A DNA stretch of 64,000 nt, from contig CAXMMP010000001.1 in assembly GCA_963693075.2 (NCBI GenBank), forward strand, positions 1,044,471-1,108,470. Direction: 5' to 3'. Source of the stretch: an uncultured Granulicella sp. GTDB taxonomy: Bacteria > Acidobacteriota > Terriglobia > Terriglobales > Acidobacteriaceae. The stretch's first letter is position 1. The number at the start of each line of letters is the position of its first letter. The translations under genes and the position numbers were made by a program. The notes under the pieces are model-generated. The model saw only the letters and a list, made by a program, of their open reading frames with translations. It had not been told where the DNA came from and did no database searches. This document shows, piece after piece, positions 7,905-16,426 of the stretch.

Positions 7905-9074
7905 CTACCACTTCCGCCCATTCTTGTTGGGGCCTAACTGGGTTCCCAGCAGACCACGTTCTTCCCAAGCTTCGAGAGCGTTATCCAGGTCCGTGTGTTT
8001 CCGATTGCGTGGCGAGTAAGAGTTGCGACCGACTACGATTCGGACCGTGTCCGTCGCCTTGCGTTGCGCTGTGTCCTCTGCCGTTACGGTGAGCTCGTAC
8101 CTTCCGTCAGGTAATGTCCAAGGTTGCTGGCTCTCCCACGTAGTTCCTGCGGAACTCTGTGCCAGTGTCAATTTCTTTCCATCGACCTCTGCGGTAACTG
8201 AAAGCACTGGCGAGTCTCCCCAGACACCGGCTCGTACGCGCAATGCCCCCTCCACAATGCCTTCCATATTGGCTTCGGTAAGAAGCCGTTCATCGACTGG
8301 TGAGGTTACGACAACGACAGGTCCTTCCTGCGGTTCGAGGAAATGCCAAGAGACGGAGCCCTGGTCAAACGTCACCAGACTGTAACCGGCGTTACCCTCC
8401 TCGATCTGGCCCGTCGAACGAGTCGCGGCATAGAGGGTGGTGCCATCATTGCTCACCTCGTTGTAATGAGTGTGTCCCATATCCACAAGCCTAACGTCGA
8501 ATCGGTGTAGCAACTCGGCAAGGCGGCCCGCTCCTTCTTTTAGTTCGCTGGGATAGCAGTGCATCAGGACAACGGACGTCTGTTCGCTTTTCTCTGCCGT
8601 CTGAAGCTCGCCTTCTAGCCAAGCGAACTGCTCATCCCCTAGCAGGAATGCGTCGGGACGGGGTTCCGCGAAGACGTTGAGACGGATGAACCGCAAGGTT
8701 CCAACCTGAAAACTGTCATTGAGCGAATCTGCTATCGCTTCGCGGAAGTTGGCGAAGCTCTTTTCATGAACGTCGTGATCGCCCACGATGCCACACCAGG
8801 GCACTTTCAGCTCGTCCACGCAATCACGCACCGCCGAGTAGGCGCTACGGCTACCGTCATCGGCGATGTCCCCGGGGAGGTACACGAAATTCAAGCCGCT
8901 CGTGAACGTCCGGTTGATGTGCCGCACGATGCGGAGTAGATCTTGAAAGTTTTGTTGTGAACGATCCATCATGTGGAGATCGCCGATGTGGATGTAAGCG
9001 ACCATTCCATCGTGACCAACGGGCAGGGGCGAGAAGTTATGGCGAGAGATGCGTATGGAATTCGAATTGGACAT
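7905..9074 (-). CDS. Metallophosphoesterase (calcineurin-like) with a C-terminal Ig-like beta domain
   Basis: The ORF track gives 7905..9533. The real start is the ATG at 9074 (MSNSNSIRIS...), with GGAGG upstream, 2 nt after the MFS stop. Motifs present: GDLHM, LPGDIADDG, GDHDVH, GHTHYN. Confidence 0.85.
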   Translation of the reverse strand: MSNSNSIRISRHNFSPLPVGHDGMVAYIHIGDLHMMDRSQQNFQDLLRIVRHINRTFTSGLNFVYLPGDIADDGSRSAYSAVRDCVDELKVPWCGIVGDHDVHEKSFANFREAIADSLNDSFQVGTLRFIRLNVFAEPRPDAFLLGDEQFAWLEGELQTAEKSEQTSVVLMHCYPSELKEGAGRLAELLHRFDVRLVDMGHTHYNEVSNDGTTLYAATRSTGQIEEGNAGYSLVTFDQGSVSWHFLEPQEGPVVVVTSPVDERLLTEANMEGIVEGALRVRAGVWGDSPVLSVTAEVDGKKLTLAQSSAGTTWESQQPWTLPDGRYELTVTAEDTAQRKATDTVRIVVGRNSYSPRNRKHTDLDNALEAWEERGLLGTQLGPNKNGRKW

Positions 9075-9076
9075 CG

Positions 9077-10315
9077 TTAGGCCTCCTGAGCCTGGGGAGT
9101 TGTGGATACTTTGGTTTCGGGAACACCGAAGAGAAGCAGAGCGAATGCTGCGAGAGCGAGAGCGCCCAAGACCCAAAAGGATACGTTGGCTCCGCGATGT
9201 TCCATGAGCGAACCGCCAACGGTCGTGCTTAAGGCTGCGCCTAGAGCCACGGCGGTTGCGACTGCACCTTGTGTCAGGTTGAAGCGACCGGTATCTCGTG
9301 TGCGATCCGCAACCACGAGGATAGAAACCACGCCGAAGATAGCATTGGCTACGCCGTCCAAGAGCTGGACCGCGATGAGCGCACCAACTCCATGCACAAT
9401 CGTGTAGAGCAATGCGCGTAGCGGTAGGACGCCGAAACCGACGAGCAGAAGCGGCTTTCGTCCGCAAGTATTTGCGGCGCGCCCGATCCATGCGGCGGAG
9501 AGCATGATGACCGCTTGCGTGACGGCGATGCAACCGGACATGAACGGTGCGGCCGCCCTCGCAGAACCATGGGCTAGTAATTCACCGAGTTGTGGAAGCA
9601 TTGCCGCATTCGCCAGATGAAAGAGAAAGCAACACACCAGGAAGACGAGTAGCACTTTGTCGTGGAGTAAAGAAAGCACAACCTCTTTTCCACTCCCTGC
9701 AATATCTTCGTTTTCGCAGCCACCTCTCGCTAACTCCGGATCGATATCTTCTCTACGAATCAAGAGAGCGGAAACAATCGTCGGGATGACAAGGACAGCC
9801 GCCGCGAGGAAGATCGCTCGATTCCCGAAGAAGTGACTGGTGACAGCAATCAGTCCGGCAGCGAAAAGATTGCCAGCCGAGTTGAACCCCTGATTTCTGC
9901 CGAACTGCCGATCGAAGGCTGCCACACCGACAATCCCCATGGTGATCGCCGCGAGAGTCGGTCCAAGGAAAGGCCCGGTTCCACCGATTAGTATCTGCGA
10001 AGCATAGACAATCGATGGTGACGTGGACACGGTAAGCAGCAGAGCCCCCGTCCCAAGGACCAAAGCCGCAGAAATCAGGAGAAGTCGCTTGCGAAGCACG
10101 TTATCAACAATCCATCCGGCAGGGGTCTGCAGGACGACGGTGACGATTCCAGCAACCGTGAGTGCATGACCGACCGCCCCGGCCTTCCAGCCACTTGCTG
10201 CCAGATAGGCGGCAACAAAGGGACCGAGGCCAGTTTGCACGTCCGCAAGAAAAAAGTTAGTCGCTTCCATTGCGTGTGTGCTTTGAGCCTTCGTCTTGTT
10301 GGTGGAGTGAGTCAT
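9077..10315 (-). CDS. MFS transporter
   Basis: 412 aa with 12 predicted TM-like hydrophobic stretches and MFS-type loop motifs. Confidence 0.85.
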   Translation of the reverse strand: MTHSTNKTKAQSTHAMEATNFFLADVQTGLGPFVAAYLAASGWKAGAVGHALTVAGIVTVVLQTPAGWIVDNVLRKRLLLISAALVLGTGALLLTVSTSPSIVYASQILIGGTGPFLGPTLAAITMGIVGVAAFDRQFGRNQGFNSAGNLFAAGLIAVTSHFFGNRAIFLAAAVLVIPTIVSALLIRREDIDPELARGGCENEDIAGSGKEVVLSLLHDKVLLVFLVCCFLFHLANAAMLPQLGELLAHGSARAAAPFMSGCIAVTQAVIMLSAAWIGRAANTCGRKPLLLVGFGVLPLRALLYTIVHGVGALIAVQLLDGVANAIFGVVSILVVADRTRDTGRFNLTQGAVATAVALGAALSTTVGGSLMEHRGANVSFWVLGALALAAFALLLFGVPETKVSTTPQAQEA

Positions 10316-10620
10316 GAGCGCCTTCGCTACGGGGTCGAGTCTGCTGACGATAAGGAATCAGGTTTTGTTATGGAATCTGTCTAGGGCAGGAGTAGGTTTT
10401 GGCGGGCGACTGAGAAGTTGCTTCACCTCGTTGCTGACGTGAGCTGAGGCTTCGGCTCGGCGTCCCTTCTCTATCGCATATAGATACTTCTTCGTTTTCG
10501 TGGCGGACGCCGGAGGAAGAGAAACTAACTCTCTCTTCAAAGGGATGATGGGATGTGCAGCCCGCGTGAGCAGAGGCTGCACTTGTGCTCTTCGATAAGA
10601 AGAACCTTTCGGCGCGGTGT

Positions 10621-11280
10621 TTACGGCTGCGGCTGCGGCGCGCCTACTGGAGGAACCGGAGCGCCCTCGGGCAGAGGTGCCGATGCACCGATAACTGGAG
10701 GAACCGGAGACCCAGCACCCACGGGAGCAGGCTGAACAGCGCAAGGTGGCGGAGGCGGCGGCGCCGCTCCGCGAAGGCCATCACGCGGTGCAGGAGGCGG
10801 CGGCGGAGTAGCCGGGCCTGCGGCTGGAACAGGTGGAGGAGGACCTCCGGGGCCAGCATCGGGAGTAGGAGGGCCGCCTGCCGGGGGTGCAGCGACGCCA
10901 GGTCCGCCATTCATCGCTGCCATAGCCATGTACGTTTGCGAACCGACGCGCACCGTTGAAGCGTCGATCGTGCGCTGGTTCGCAACTCTCGTGCTCATTC
11001 CCGTGACTTCCACATGCTCTCCTTTGCGTAACGCGCCCGAAGAGAGATGATCAAAATGAGGGCCAAGTTCGACGGCATCCCCGTTGGATAGAAAGAGCGT
11101 GCGTGGAGCCCCATCTAGTCCGGCGCTAAACCCACGGATGCTGGAGCGCGTGGTAACAAGCTGTGCGTTTGAGGCTTCTAAAGCGGGTGTCGGTGTAGGG
11201 AGCAGGCCGGGTTGTTGTGCGGTTGCGACCATCAGGGTTGAACCAATAATCAGAATTGCGGAAGAAGCAAAAGGCTTCAT
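10621..11280 (-). CDS. Secreted protein with a proline-rich C-terminal tail (function unknown)
   Basis: The ATG at 11280 gives the signal peptide MKPFASSAILIIGSTLMVATAQ, with GAGGTG upstream. The C-terminus is PPPPVPAAGPATPPPPPAP... The track ORF 10621..11385 starts further upstream, inside the promoter region. Confidence 0.7.
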   Translation of the reverse strand: MKPFASSAILIIGSTLMVATAQQPGLLPTPTPALEASNAQLVTTRSSIRGFSAGLDGAPRTLFLSNGDAVELGPHFDHLSSGALRKGEHVEVTGMSTRVANQRTIDASTVRVGSQTYMAMAAMNGGPGVAAPPAGGPPTPDAGPGGPPPPVPAAGPATPPPPPAPRDGLRGAAPPPPPPCAVQPAPVGAGSPVPPVIGASAPLPEGAPVPPVGAPQPQP

Positions 11281-11304
11281 AGGATTCACCTCGATTCTGA
11301 CGAA

Positions 11305-11320
11305 TGCAATCCCTGCACCA
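11305..11320 (-). promoter_or_regulatory. Sigma-54 (-24/-12) promoter candidate for the proline-rich protein gene
   Basis: The minus strand reads TGGTGC-AGGGA-TTGCA, against the consensus TGGCAC-N5-TTGCW, with GG and GC at the correct spacing. The predicted TSS is about 14 nt upstream of the ATG at 11280, and the short leader contains GAGGTG. An NtrC-type activator gene lies next door. Confidence 0.5.
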
Positions 11321-11414
11321 ATCCCTCCGGCTTCCGGACCATGTCTAACACCCTTTGTTTTCCATGCATCTAAACTCATCCGCAAGAAAGTGCGAAGAGC
11401 GGGAGAGCGCGGAG

Positions 11415-11455
11415 TGTACGGTTTGCATCCGACATGCTGTACGGAAAGCGTACGG
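11415..11455. promoter_or_regulatory. Three (T/C)GTACGG repeats, candidate enhancer (UAS) for the sigma-54 activator
   Basis: TGTACGG occurs at 11415 and 11438, and CGTACGG at 11449. These lie about 100-150 bp upstream of the -24/-12 element, which is the usual distance for bEBP binding sites. Confidence 0.3.
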
Positions 11456-11570
11456 TCATCTCACGCCGCTTGCCGCATCCTTCTGGTTTTGTGGCTGCTT
11501 TGCATTGGCGCACAAGTTGCTCCCTAAATTCGAAATACAGCTATGTCAGCACGGCACGAAAAGGGAGCCA

Positions 11571-13265
11571 ATGCAAGCGAGCACGCAGGTGGTGAATCTT
11601 TCGCGACGTAGGGGCTTTCGCCTGAGGAGCCTTCGTGTGCGGATTGTGCTGTTCGCAGCGCTCGTGTGCCTGATCCTGCTCGTCCTTATCGGTGTGGTGA
11701 TCGGAGTTCTAGGCAATACGCAAAGCGCGAGCCTGCGCACTGCAGAGCGGCACCTACATACGGTTGCGTTATCGGTCCAGCAGGGGTACAACGCCAACTC
11801 AAAATATTCTGTTCCTCTCGCCCAGCTCAATGGATTAGACCCGCACCCGCCAGCGATGCCAAATCCTGGTCCGGACCGTTTAGCTCCACCTCCTGGGGCG
11901 ACTCATCCTCTGCCACCCGTTCCACCGCCGCCACGCTCACCGCAAGCGACAAACTCGCCCCTCGAGCAACTAATGTCGGATACTCTCAACTCAGAGCCGG
12001 GGGTCGAAGGCGGGTTCTTTCGTTTGGAAAACGGGGCGCTTGGTGGGTATTCGTTCCCGACACATGAGGCTCCTGGCCCTCCGAAAGAGATGCCTGTCCG
12101 AGAACGGCCGACGATTGAAGGACTCGCCCGTTCGGCCGCAATAAGTGGCGTTGAAAAAAGTCTTCGGTTCCAAGGACAGCACGACGCCGTGCTTTTCGAT
12201 GCCATACCTTTGCGAGCCTCCAGTGCTCCGGCTTCTCCGGTCATTGGTGCGGCGTGGCTGATGGAACGCCTGCCGGGTGCCGAAGCCGAACAGCATCGTC
12301 AATTGCTCTGGGGGGCTTTTGGGTTCGCGTGTGTTGCGTTGCTGATTTGCGCAGCGGCGTTCGTAATTCTTTCGGAAGTGCGCGGAGGCCTGCAGTCGGT
12401 TTCGAGTCGTCTCGCTGCCGTCGTTTCTGGAGCGGATATGCCTGCGGACCTCGACAGAACAACGACACTAGAGGAGTTCGACAACGTTCTATCCGGGATC
12501 GATCAGATGGCCCACGAGCTACAGGAAAAGATCGATAGAGAACGCACCTTTGAAGCGCAGATGGCTCATCGAGAACGGCTTGCGGCTGTCGGACAGTTCG
12601 CCGCCGGAATCGCTCATGAACTGCGGAACCCTTTGGCTACCATCCGGCTTCGGACGCAGATGTCTCAGAATGCAGACAGCAGCGAATTGGCGGCAACGAA
12701 CGCCAATGTAGTCCTCATCGAGATCGACCGACTCAACGCGATGATCGGCAAGCTTCTTTATTTTTCGCGTCCCAGTCTTAGACACGAAGTTCTCCTTGAT
12801 CTCAGCGCCGTGGCACGTGATCGCGTTCAACGTTGGAATGAAGAGTACGGTACCGACGTCGCCCACTTGCAAGAACCTGCCGAACCGGTAATTGTCTCCG
12901 GCGACGGTGAGGAGTTTCGTCGCGTCTTCGACAATTTACTTGAGAACGCTCTTCAGGCATTCACAGCACATAAGAATGCTCCGTTCGCAGAGGTCACGCT
13001 GCGTTTATCAGGACCGAATGCTATTGTTCATGTCCTCGATCAAGCTCCTGGCTTTGACGAAGAATCTCTGCGTAGAGCTCTGGACCCCTTCTACACGACG
13101 AAGGAACGCGGTACCGGGCTTGGACTTTCCATCGTCAACGAAATACTTCGCGCTCATGGCGGGACTCTCTTCACTGAAAACGGCGAAGGTGGCGGCGCGG
13201 ACGTCTGGTTTGAAATCCCAGCATATGTTCCGAGCGCGCCGTCGGAGGGAGGAATCCATGCCTGA
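11571..13265 (+). CDS. Sensor histidine kinase (HisKA + HATPase_c), NtrB/AtoS-like
   Basis: The H-box is AAGIAHELRNPL. N and G boxes are present in the C-terminal part (DNLLENAL, GTGLGLSIV). One N-terminal TM is present (IVLFAALVCLILLVLIGVVIGVLG). The start was picked at ATG 11571, after AAGGGAG. The track start at 11355 would cover the divergent promoter. Confidence 0.85.
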   Translation: MQASTQVVNLSRRRGFRLRSLRVRIVLFAALVCLILLVLIGVVIGVLGNTQSASLRTAERHLHTVALSVQQGYNANSKYSVPLAQLNGLDPHPPAMPNPGPDRLAPPPGATHPLPPVPPPPRSPQATNSPLEQLMSDTLNSEPGVEGGFFRLENGALGGYSFPTHEAPGPPKEMPVRERPTIEGLARSAAISGVEKSLRFQGQHDAVLFDAIPLRASSAPASPVIGAAWLMERLPGAEAEQHRQLLWGAFGFACVALLICAAAFVILSEVRGGLQSVSSRLAAVVSGADMPADLDRTTTLEEFDNVLSGIDQMAHELQEKIDRERTFEAQMAHRERLAAVGQFAAGIAHELRNPLATIRLRTQMSQNADSSELAATNANVVLIEIDRLNAMIGKLLYFSRPSLRHEVLLDLSAVARDRVQRWNEEYGTDVAHLQEPAEPVIVSGDGEEFRRVFDNLLENALQAFTAHKNAPFAEVTLRLSGPNAIVHVLDQAPGFDEESLRRALDPFYTTKERGTGLGLSIVNEILRAHGGTLFTENGEGGGADVWFEIPAYVPSAPSEGGIHA

Positions 13266-14655
13266 GATTCTTGTCGTAGACGATGACACGAGCTTGCGGG
13301 AGACCGTCCGCGATCTGTTGATCTCGGCAAATTACGAAGTCGTTGAAGCTGCCGATGGACGCGCGGCCCTTGAAATCATTCGAGAGCATCAACCCGACGC
13401 GGTGTTGTGCGACTGGAAGATGCCGAGAGCGGGTGGTGACTTCGTGCTCCAACAACTTAGGCAGGACGCAGTGCTGCCGGGCCTGCCTGTGATCGTCTTC
13501 ACGGCATTTGGCGATGGTGAGAGCGCCATGATTGCGATGCAGGAAGGAGCCTATGACTTTCTCGTAAAGCCGGTAGATGTGGATGCAGTTCTTCTCTCTC
13601 TCAGACGCGCGCTTCATCACAGCAGACTCACCAAAGAACTCGAGCTTCTCCAGAAGGATCGCTTTCGTGACGAGCATATGGCACCGCTCCATGACGACGC
13701 ATCACGTCTAATTGGGAGTTCGCCAAGCTGGATTGAGGTGTTCAAAGGTATTGGACAAGTCGCTCGAACCGATGTCACGGTACTGCTCCAAGGTGAGACG
13801 GGCACAGGCAAGGAAGTCGTCGCTCGTACGATTCACCAGAATAGCAACCGCAAACAGCGACCGATGATTACGGTGAACTGCGCCGCGATACCAGCAGAGT
13901 TAGCCGAATCAGAGCTTTTTGGTCACGAGCGCGGCTCGTTCACCGGCGCGATATCCCAGAAGATCGGTCGTTTCGAAGCGGCAAATGGTGGGACGATTTT
14001 TCTGGATGAAATCGGTGAACTGCCTCTCGCTCTCCAACCAAAACTCTTGCGAGTCCTCCAGGAGCGCACGTTCGAGCGCGTAGGATCGGCGACCTCGCAA
14101 AAAACGGATGTACGCATCATCGCAGCAACCAATCGAGATCTCGCCACCGAGGTGGCTCAAGAGCGATTTCGCTCCGACCTCTACTATCGTCTGAACGCGT
14201 TCTCTATTCGCTTGCCGCCTTTGCGCGAGCGCCTCAATGATATCGCCCCTCTCGCGAGATATTTCCTGTCCCGGTTTGCCAGACGCAACGGATCGGTTGA
14301 GTCTGCCTTGTCTCACGAGTGCATCCAGATACTGGAACAACACCCCTTTCCCGGTAATGTCCGCGAACTCGAGCAACTCATGGACCGCGTGGCTGTCAAG
14401 GTTGCTGGCCGCCCTATAGCCAGCGATTTGCTGAAGTCAGAGTTGAGTGCTCAAACAGGCGAGGGGTCCTCCCACTTCGAAGATTGGGAAGCTTTACCCT
14501 TTCACGACGCCGTTAGTAAGTGGGAGAGGCATCTCATCGATAGAGCCATGCGCCACGCAGGAAATAACAAAGCGGAGGCCGCCCGTCTGCTAGGAATTCA
14601 ACGAAGATTGCTCTATGAAAAGCTGGAACACTTTGGTGGCGGCAAGCGGAAATAA
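13258..14655 (+). CDS. Sigma-54-dependent response regulator (receiver + AAA+ + Fis-type HTH), NtrC family
   Basis: The ATG at 13258 overlaps the kinase stop by 8 nt. Features: MPEILVVDDD receiver, GETGTGKE Walker A, ELFGHERGSFTGA (GAFTGA variant), and a C-terminal HTH NKAEAARLLGIQRRLLYEKL. Confidence 0.9.
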   Translation: MPEILVVDDDTSLRETVRDLLISANYEVVEAADGRAALEIIREHQPDAVLCDWKMPRAGGDFVLQQLRQDAVLPGLPVIVFTAFGDGESAMIAMQEGAYDFLVKPVDVDAVLLSLRRALHHSRLTKELELLQKDRFRDEHMAPLHDDASRLIGSSPSWIEVFKGIGQVARTDVTVLLQGETGTGKEVVARTIHQNSNRKQRPMITVNCAAIPAELAESELFGHERGSFTGAISQKIGRFEAANGGTIFLDEIGELPLALQPKLLRVLQERTFERVGSATSQKTDVRIIAATNRDLATEVAQERFRSDLYYRLNAFSIRLPPLRERLNDIAPLARYFLSRFARRNGSVESALSHECIQILEQHPFPGNVRELEQLMDRVAVKVAGRPIASDLLKSELSAQTGEGSSHFEDWEALPFHDAVSKWERHLIDRAMRHAGNNKAEAARLLGIQRRLLYEKLEHFGGGKRK

Positions 14656-14880
14656 CCTCTAAGACGAATTTGGGATTGCAGCCATCTATGGACGAGCGAT
14701 AACAAATTCCGAGCGCAAGGTAAACAGCCAACTTGCCGGGCTTGTCTTTGGCGAACCACTAATATTGGAAAGGGGACTCAAAACACGAAAGACCTTCGAG
14801 AGAGAAGGTCTTCTGGGAGCCATTTCCGATCAGGCACCACCGGCACTTGCTTGGAATTCTAGTGTCGATAACTCGTAATC

Positions 14881-14927
14881 TTTGGTTGCGGGGGTAGGAT
14901 TTGAACCTACGACCTTTGGGTTATGAG
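14881..14927 (-). repeat. att direct repeat (distal copy): 3'-terminal 45 nt of tRNA-Met plus 2 nt
   Basis: Identical to 41043-41089 (TTTGGTTGCGGGGGTAGGATTTGAACCTACGACCTTTGGGTTATGAG). Identity breaks at 14928 (A versus C) and at 14880 (C versus A). Confidence 0.85.
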
Positions 14928-15057
14928 ACGACGAAAACACCTGTAAGTCATAGAAAACAATGGGCACAAGTGGTAACCCATCGGAACGATCGGAAATGGT
15001 CTAACTGGCACATTTGGAAAGGTTTAGGAGCAAACAGGAACTTTTGGGAGTGGGTCA

Positions 15058-15125
15058 ATGGGGACTTAACGGGGACTTAAAATTCCCTTGCCCAAACGAC
15101 ATTTAAGTCCCCAATGGGGACTTAA
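15058..15125. repeat. Cluster of GGGGACTTAA motifs (three direct, one inverted): candidate integrase/Xis arm-type sites
   Basis: ATGGGGACTTAA at 15058-15069, CGGGGACTTAA at 15070-15080, TTAAGTCCCC (inverted) at 15103-15112, and AATGGGGACTTAA at 15113-15125. The same 13-mer recurs at the other island end (40995-41007). Confidence 0.5.
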
Positions 15126-15296
15126 AGAATGTCAAAAGTCGGCCAACTTCAAGAATGTTTGTTCAGCTTTTGGCGTTGGGCCTATTTCCCAACGGCCCTA
15201 TGCCCAAAGACTCTTATCTCTGCCCAAAGGCCGTTCTGACGACATCGTTGCCGTCGTCTTAGCCCGCGCGAGAGTCATCTCGCGCCCGGAGACGCC

Positions 15297-15707
15297 ATGA
15301 CTTCATTCCCCGATATACCTTGCGAACCGACGAGCTTGTTGCTCGAACTCGCCAGCCTTCCGCCGAAACCCCCACGCTCAAAACTCGAACCACACCGCGA
15401 ACTGATCCGGGAACTCCGCCGCAAGGGCCGGACGTATCGGGAGGTCGCGAGGCTGTTTGAGGAGCGAGTCGGCTTCCACGTCGCTCCGAGCACCCTGCAC
15501 TCCTTCGTCAAGGTCCGCGCCCGTCATCGCAAGCAAGTTCAGTTCGAGCTTCCCTCTGCTGATGTCGTGCGCGAAATAGCGCCAACTCCGACCAGTCGCG
15601 TCGCGGCCTTCAAGGCGAAGCCCACGGTCCAGGAAGAGAAGCGGTCCCGCTTCGTCTTCCGCGAAAACGAACCGTTAACCCTCAGCACTCAGGGAGGTGC
15701 TCAATGA
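15297..15707 (+). CDS. Small HTH-like protein (function unknown)
   Basis: 136 aa. The segment ELIRELRRKGRTYREVARLFEERVGFHVAPSTLHSFV looks like a helix-turn-helix. Its stop overlaps the next start (ATGA at 15704-15707). Confidence 0.55.
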   Translation: MTSFPDIPCEPTSLLLELASLPPKPPRSKLEPHRELIRELRRKGRTYREVARLFEERVGFHVAPSTLHSFVKVRARHRKQVQFELPSADVVREIAPTPTSRVAAFKAKPTVQEEKRSRFVFRENEPLTLSTQGGAQ

Positions 15708-16426
15708 CGAATTCCAAGCGCGTAGTTTTCACGATGGGCGGCAAAGGAGGCGTCGGCAAGACTGGCGTCATGGTCGCCCTTGCCGAATGGTTTGAAGCGA
15801 ATGAAATTCCGGTTACGCTGCTCGATCTCGATACAGAGAACAAGGCTCGCGGCTCGCTCAAGCATTTCTTCAACGGCACGGTAACGAAGGTGAACATTCA
15901 CACGCCTGCCGGCCTCGATGCTTTCGTCGATCATCTTGATAGCGGTTCGGAGATCATCCTGGCCGATATGGGGGCAGGAGCTGGCCAAGTTGCCGCCGAC
16001 TGGTTCGAGTCGATGTACCAGGATGTAGCCGCGACGGGCGTCAGCTTCACGGCAGTTGGTGTGGTCACGCCTGATCCGGCAAGCGTGGAGAGCATCCTTG
16101 CTTGGGCGAACAGGCTTCAAGATCGCGTCGAATATGTCGTCGTCGAGAATGCCACCAGCACTCTCTCGGACTTCACCTACTGGCGATCAACGGAGCAGGC
16201 CAAGAAGTTTCGAGACGCCTTCGCCCCAACAGTTCTGCAGATGGAGTTCCGGCTTGCAGAACTAGAGAACCCTGTGCGCCAACATGGCATCAAGCTCGGT
16301 GATGTGGCAGATCGCAAGTCGACGGTGTCTGAGTTGAAGAGGGCATCGCTCATCATGCGAGCGCAGAGCTACCGCCGTCGCCTCTTTTCCGAGTTTGATC
16401 GGACGAAGGAGGTGTTTCTGCCATGA
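15704..16426 (+). CDS. ParA/MinD-family P-loop ATPase
   Basis: The deviant Walker A GGKGGVGKT is near the N-terminus. A Walker B-like IILADMGAG is present. The size of 240 aa is typical of the family. Confidence 0.85.
   Translation: MTNSKRVVFTMGGKGGVGKTGVMVALAEWFEANEIPVTLLDLDTENKARGSLKHFFNGTVTKVNIHTPAGLDAFVDHLDSGSEIILADMGAGAGQVAADWFESMYQDVAATGVSFTAVGVVTPDPASVESILAWANRLQDRVEYVVVENATSTLSDFTYWRSTEQAKKFRDAFAPTVLQMEFRLAELENPVRQHGIKLGDVADRKSTVSELKRASLIMRAQSYRRRLFSEFDRTKEVFLP

Noticed and set aside
10358-10744. 128-aa minus-strand ORF. Its 3' part (10358-10582, possible GTG start) lies in the gap between the Pro-rich protein gene and the MFS gene and reads ...KKYLYAIEKGRRAEASAHVSNEVKQLLSRPPKP...
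   Set aside because: The 5' half overlaps the Pro-rich gene in another frame. There is no convincing SD for the GTG and no recognisable motif. It is left unannotated, and a small basic protein cannot be excluded.
11355-11570. Upstream extension of the histidine kinase ORF.
   Set aside because: It would run across the divergent sigma-54 promoter and the repeat region. The ATG at 11571 is followed directly by the basic stretch and TM helix typical of a sensor kinase N-terminus.
14772-14781. GGGGACTCAA, a one-mismatch copy of the arm-type motif, lying outside the island.
   Set aside because: It is a single imperfect copy outside the att repeat and is probably chance. It is mentioned only because it could hint at an older, larger element boundary.
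15088-15300. 70-aa plus-strand ORF covering the GGGGACTTAA repeat cluster.
   Set aside because: There is no SD. The composition is driven by the repeats, and the position at the att arm argues for non-coding recombination sites.
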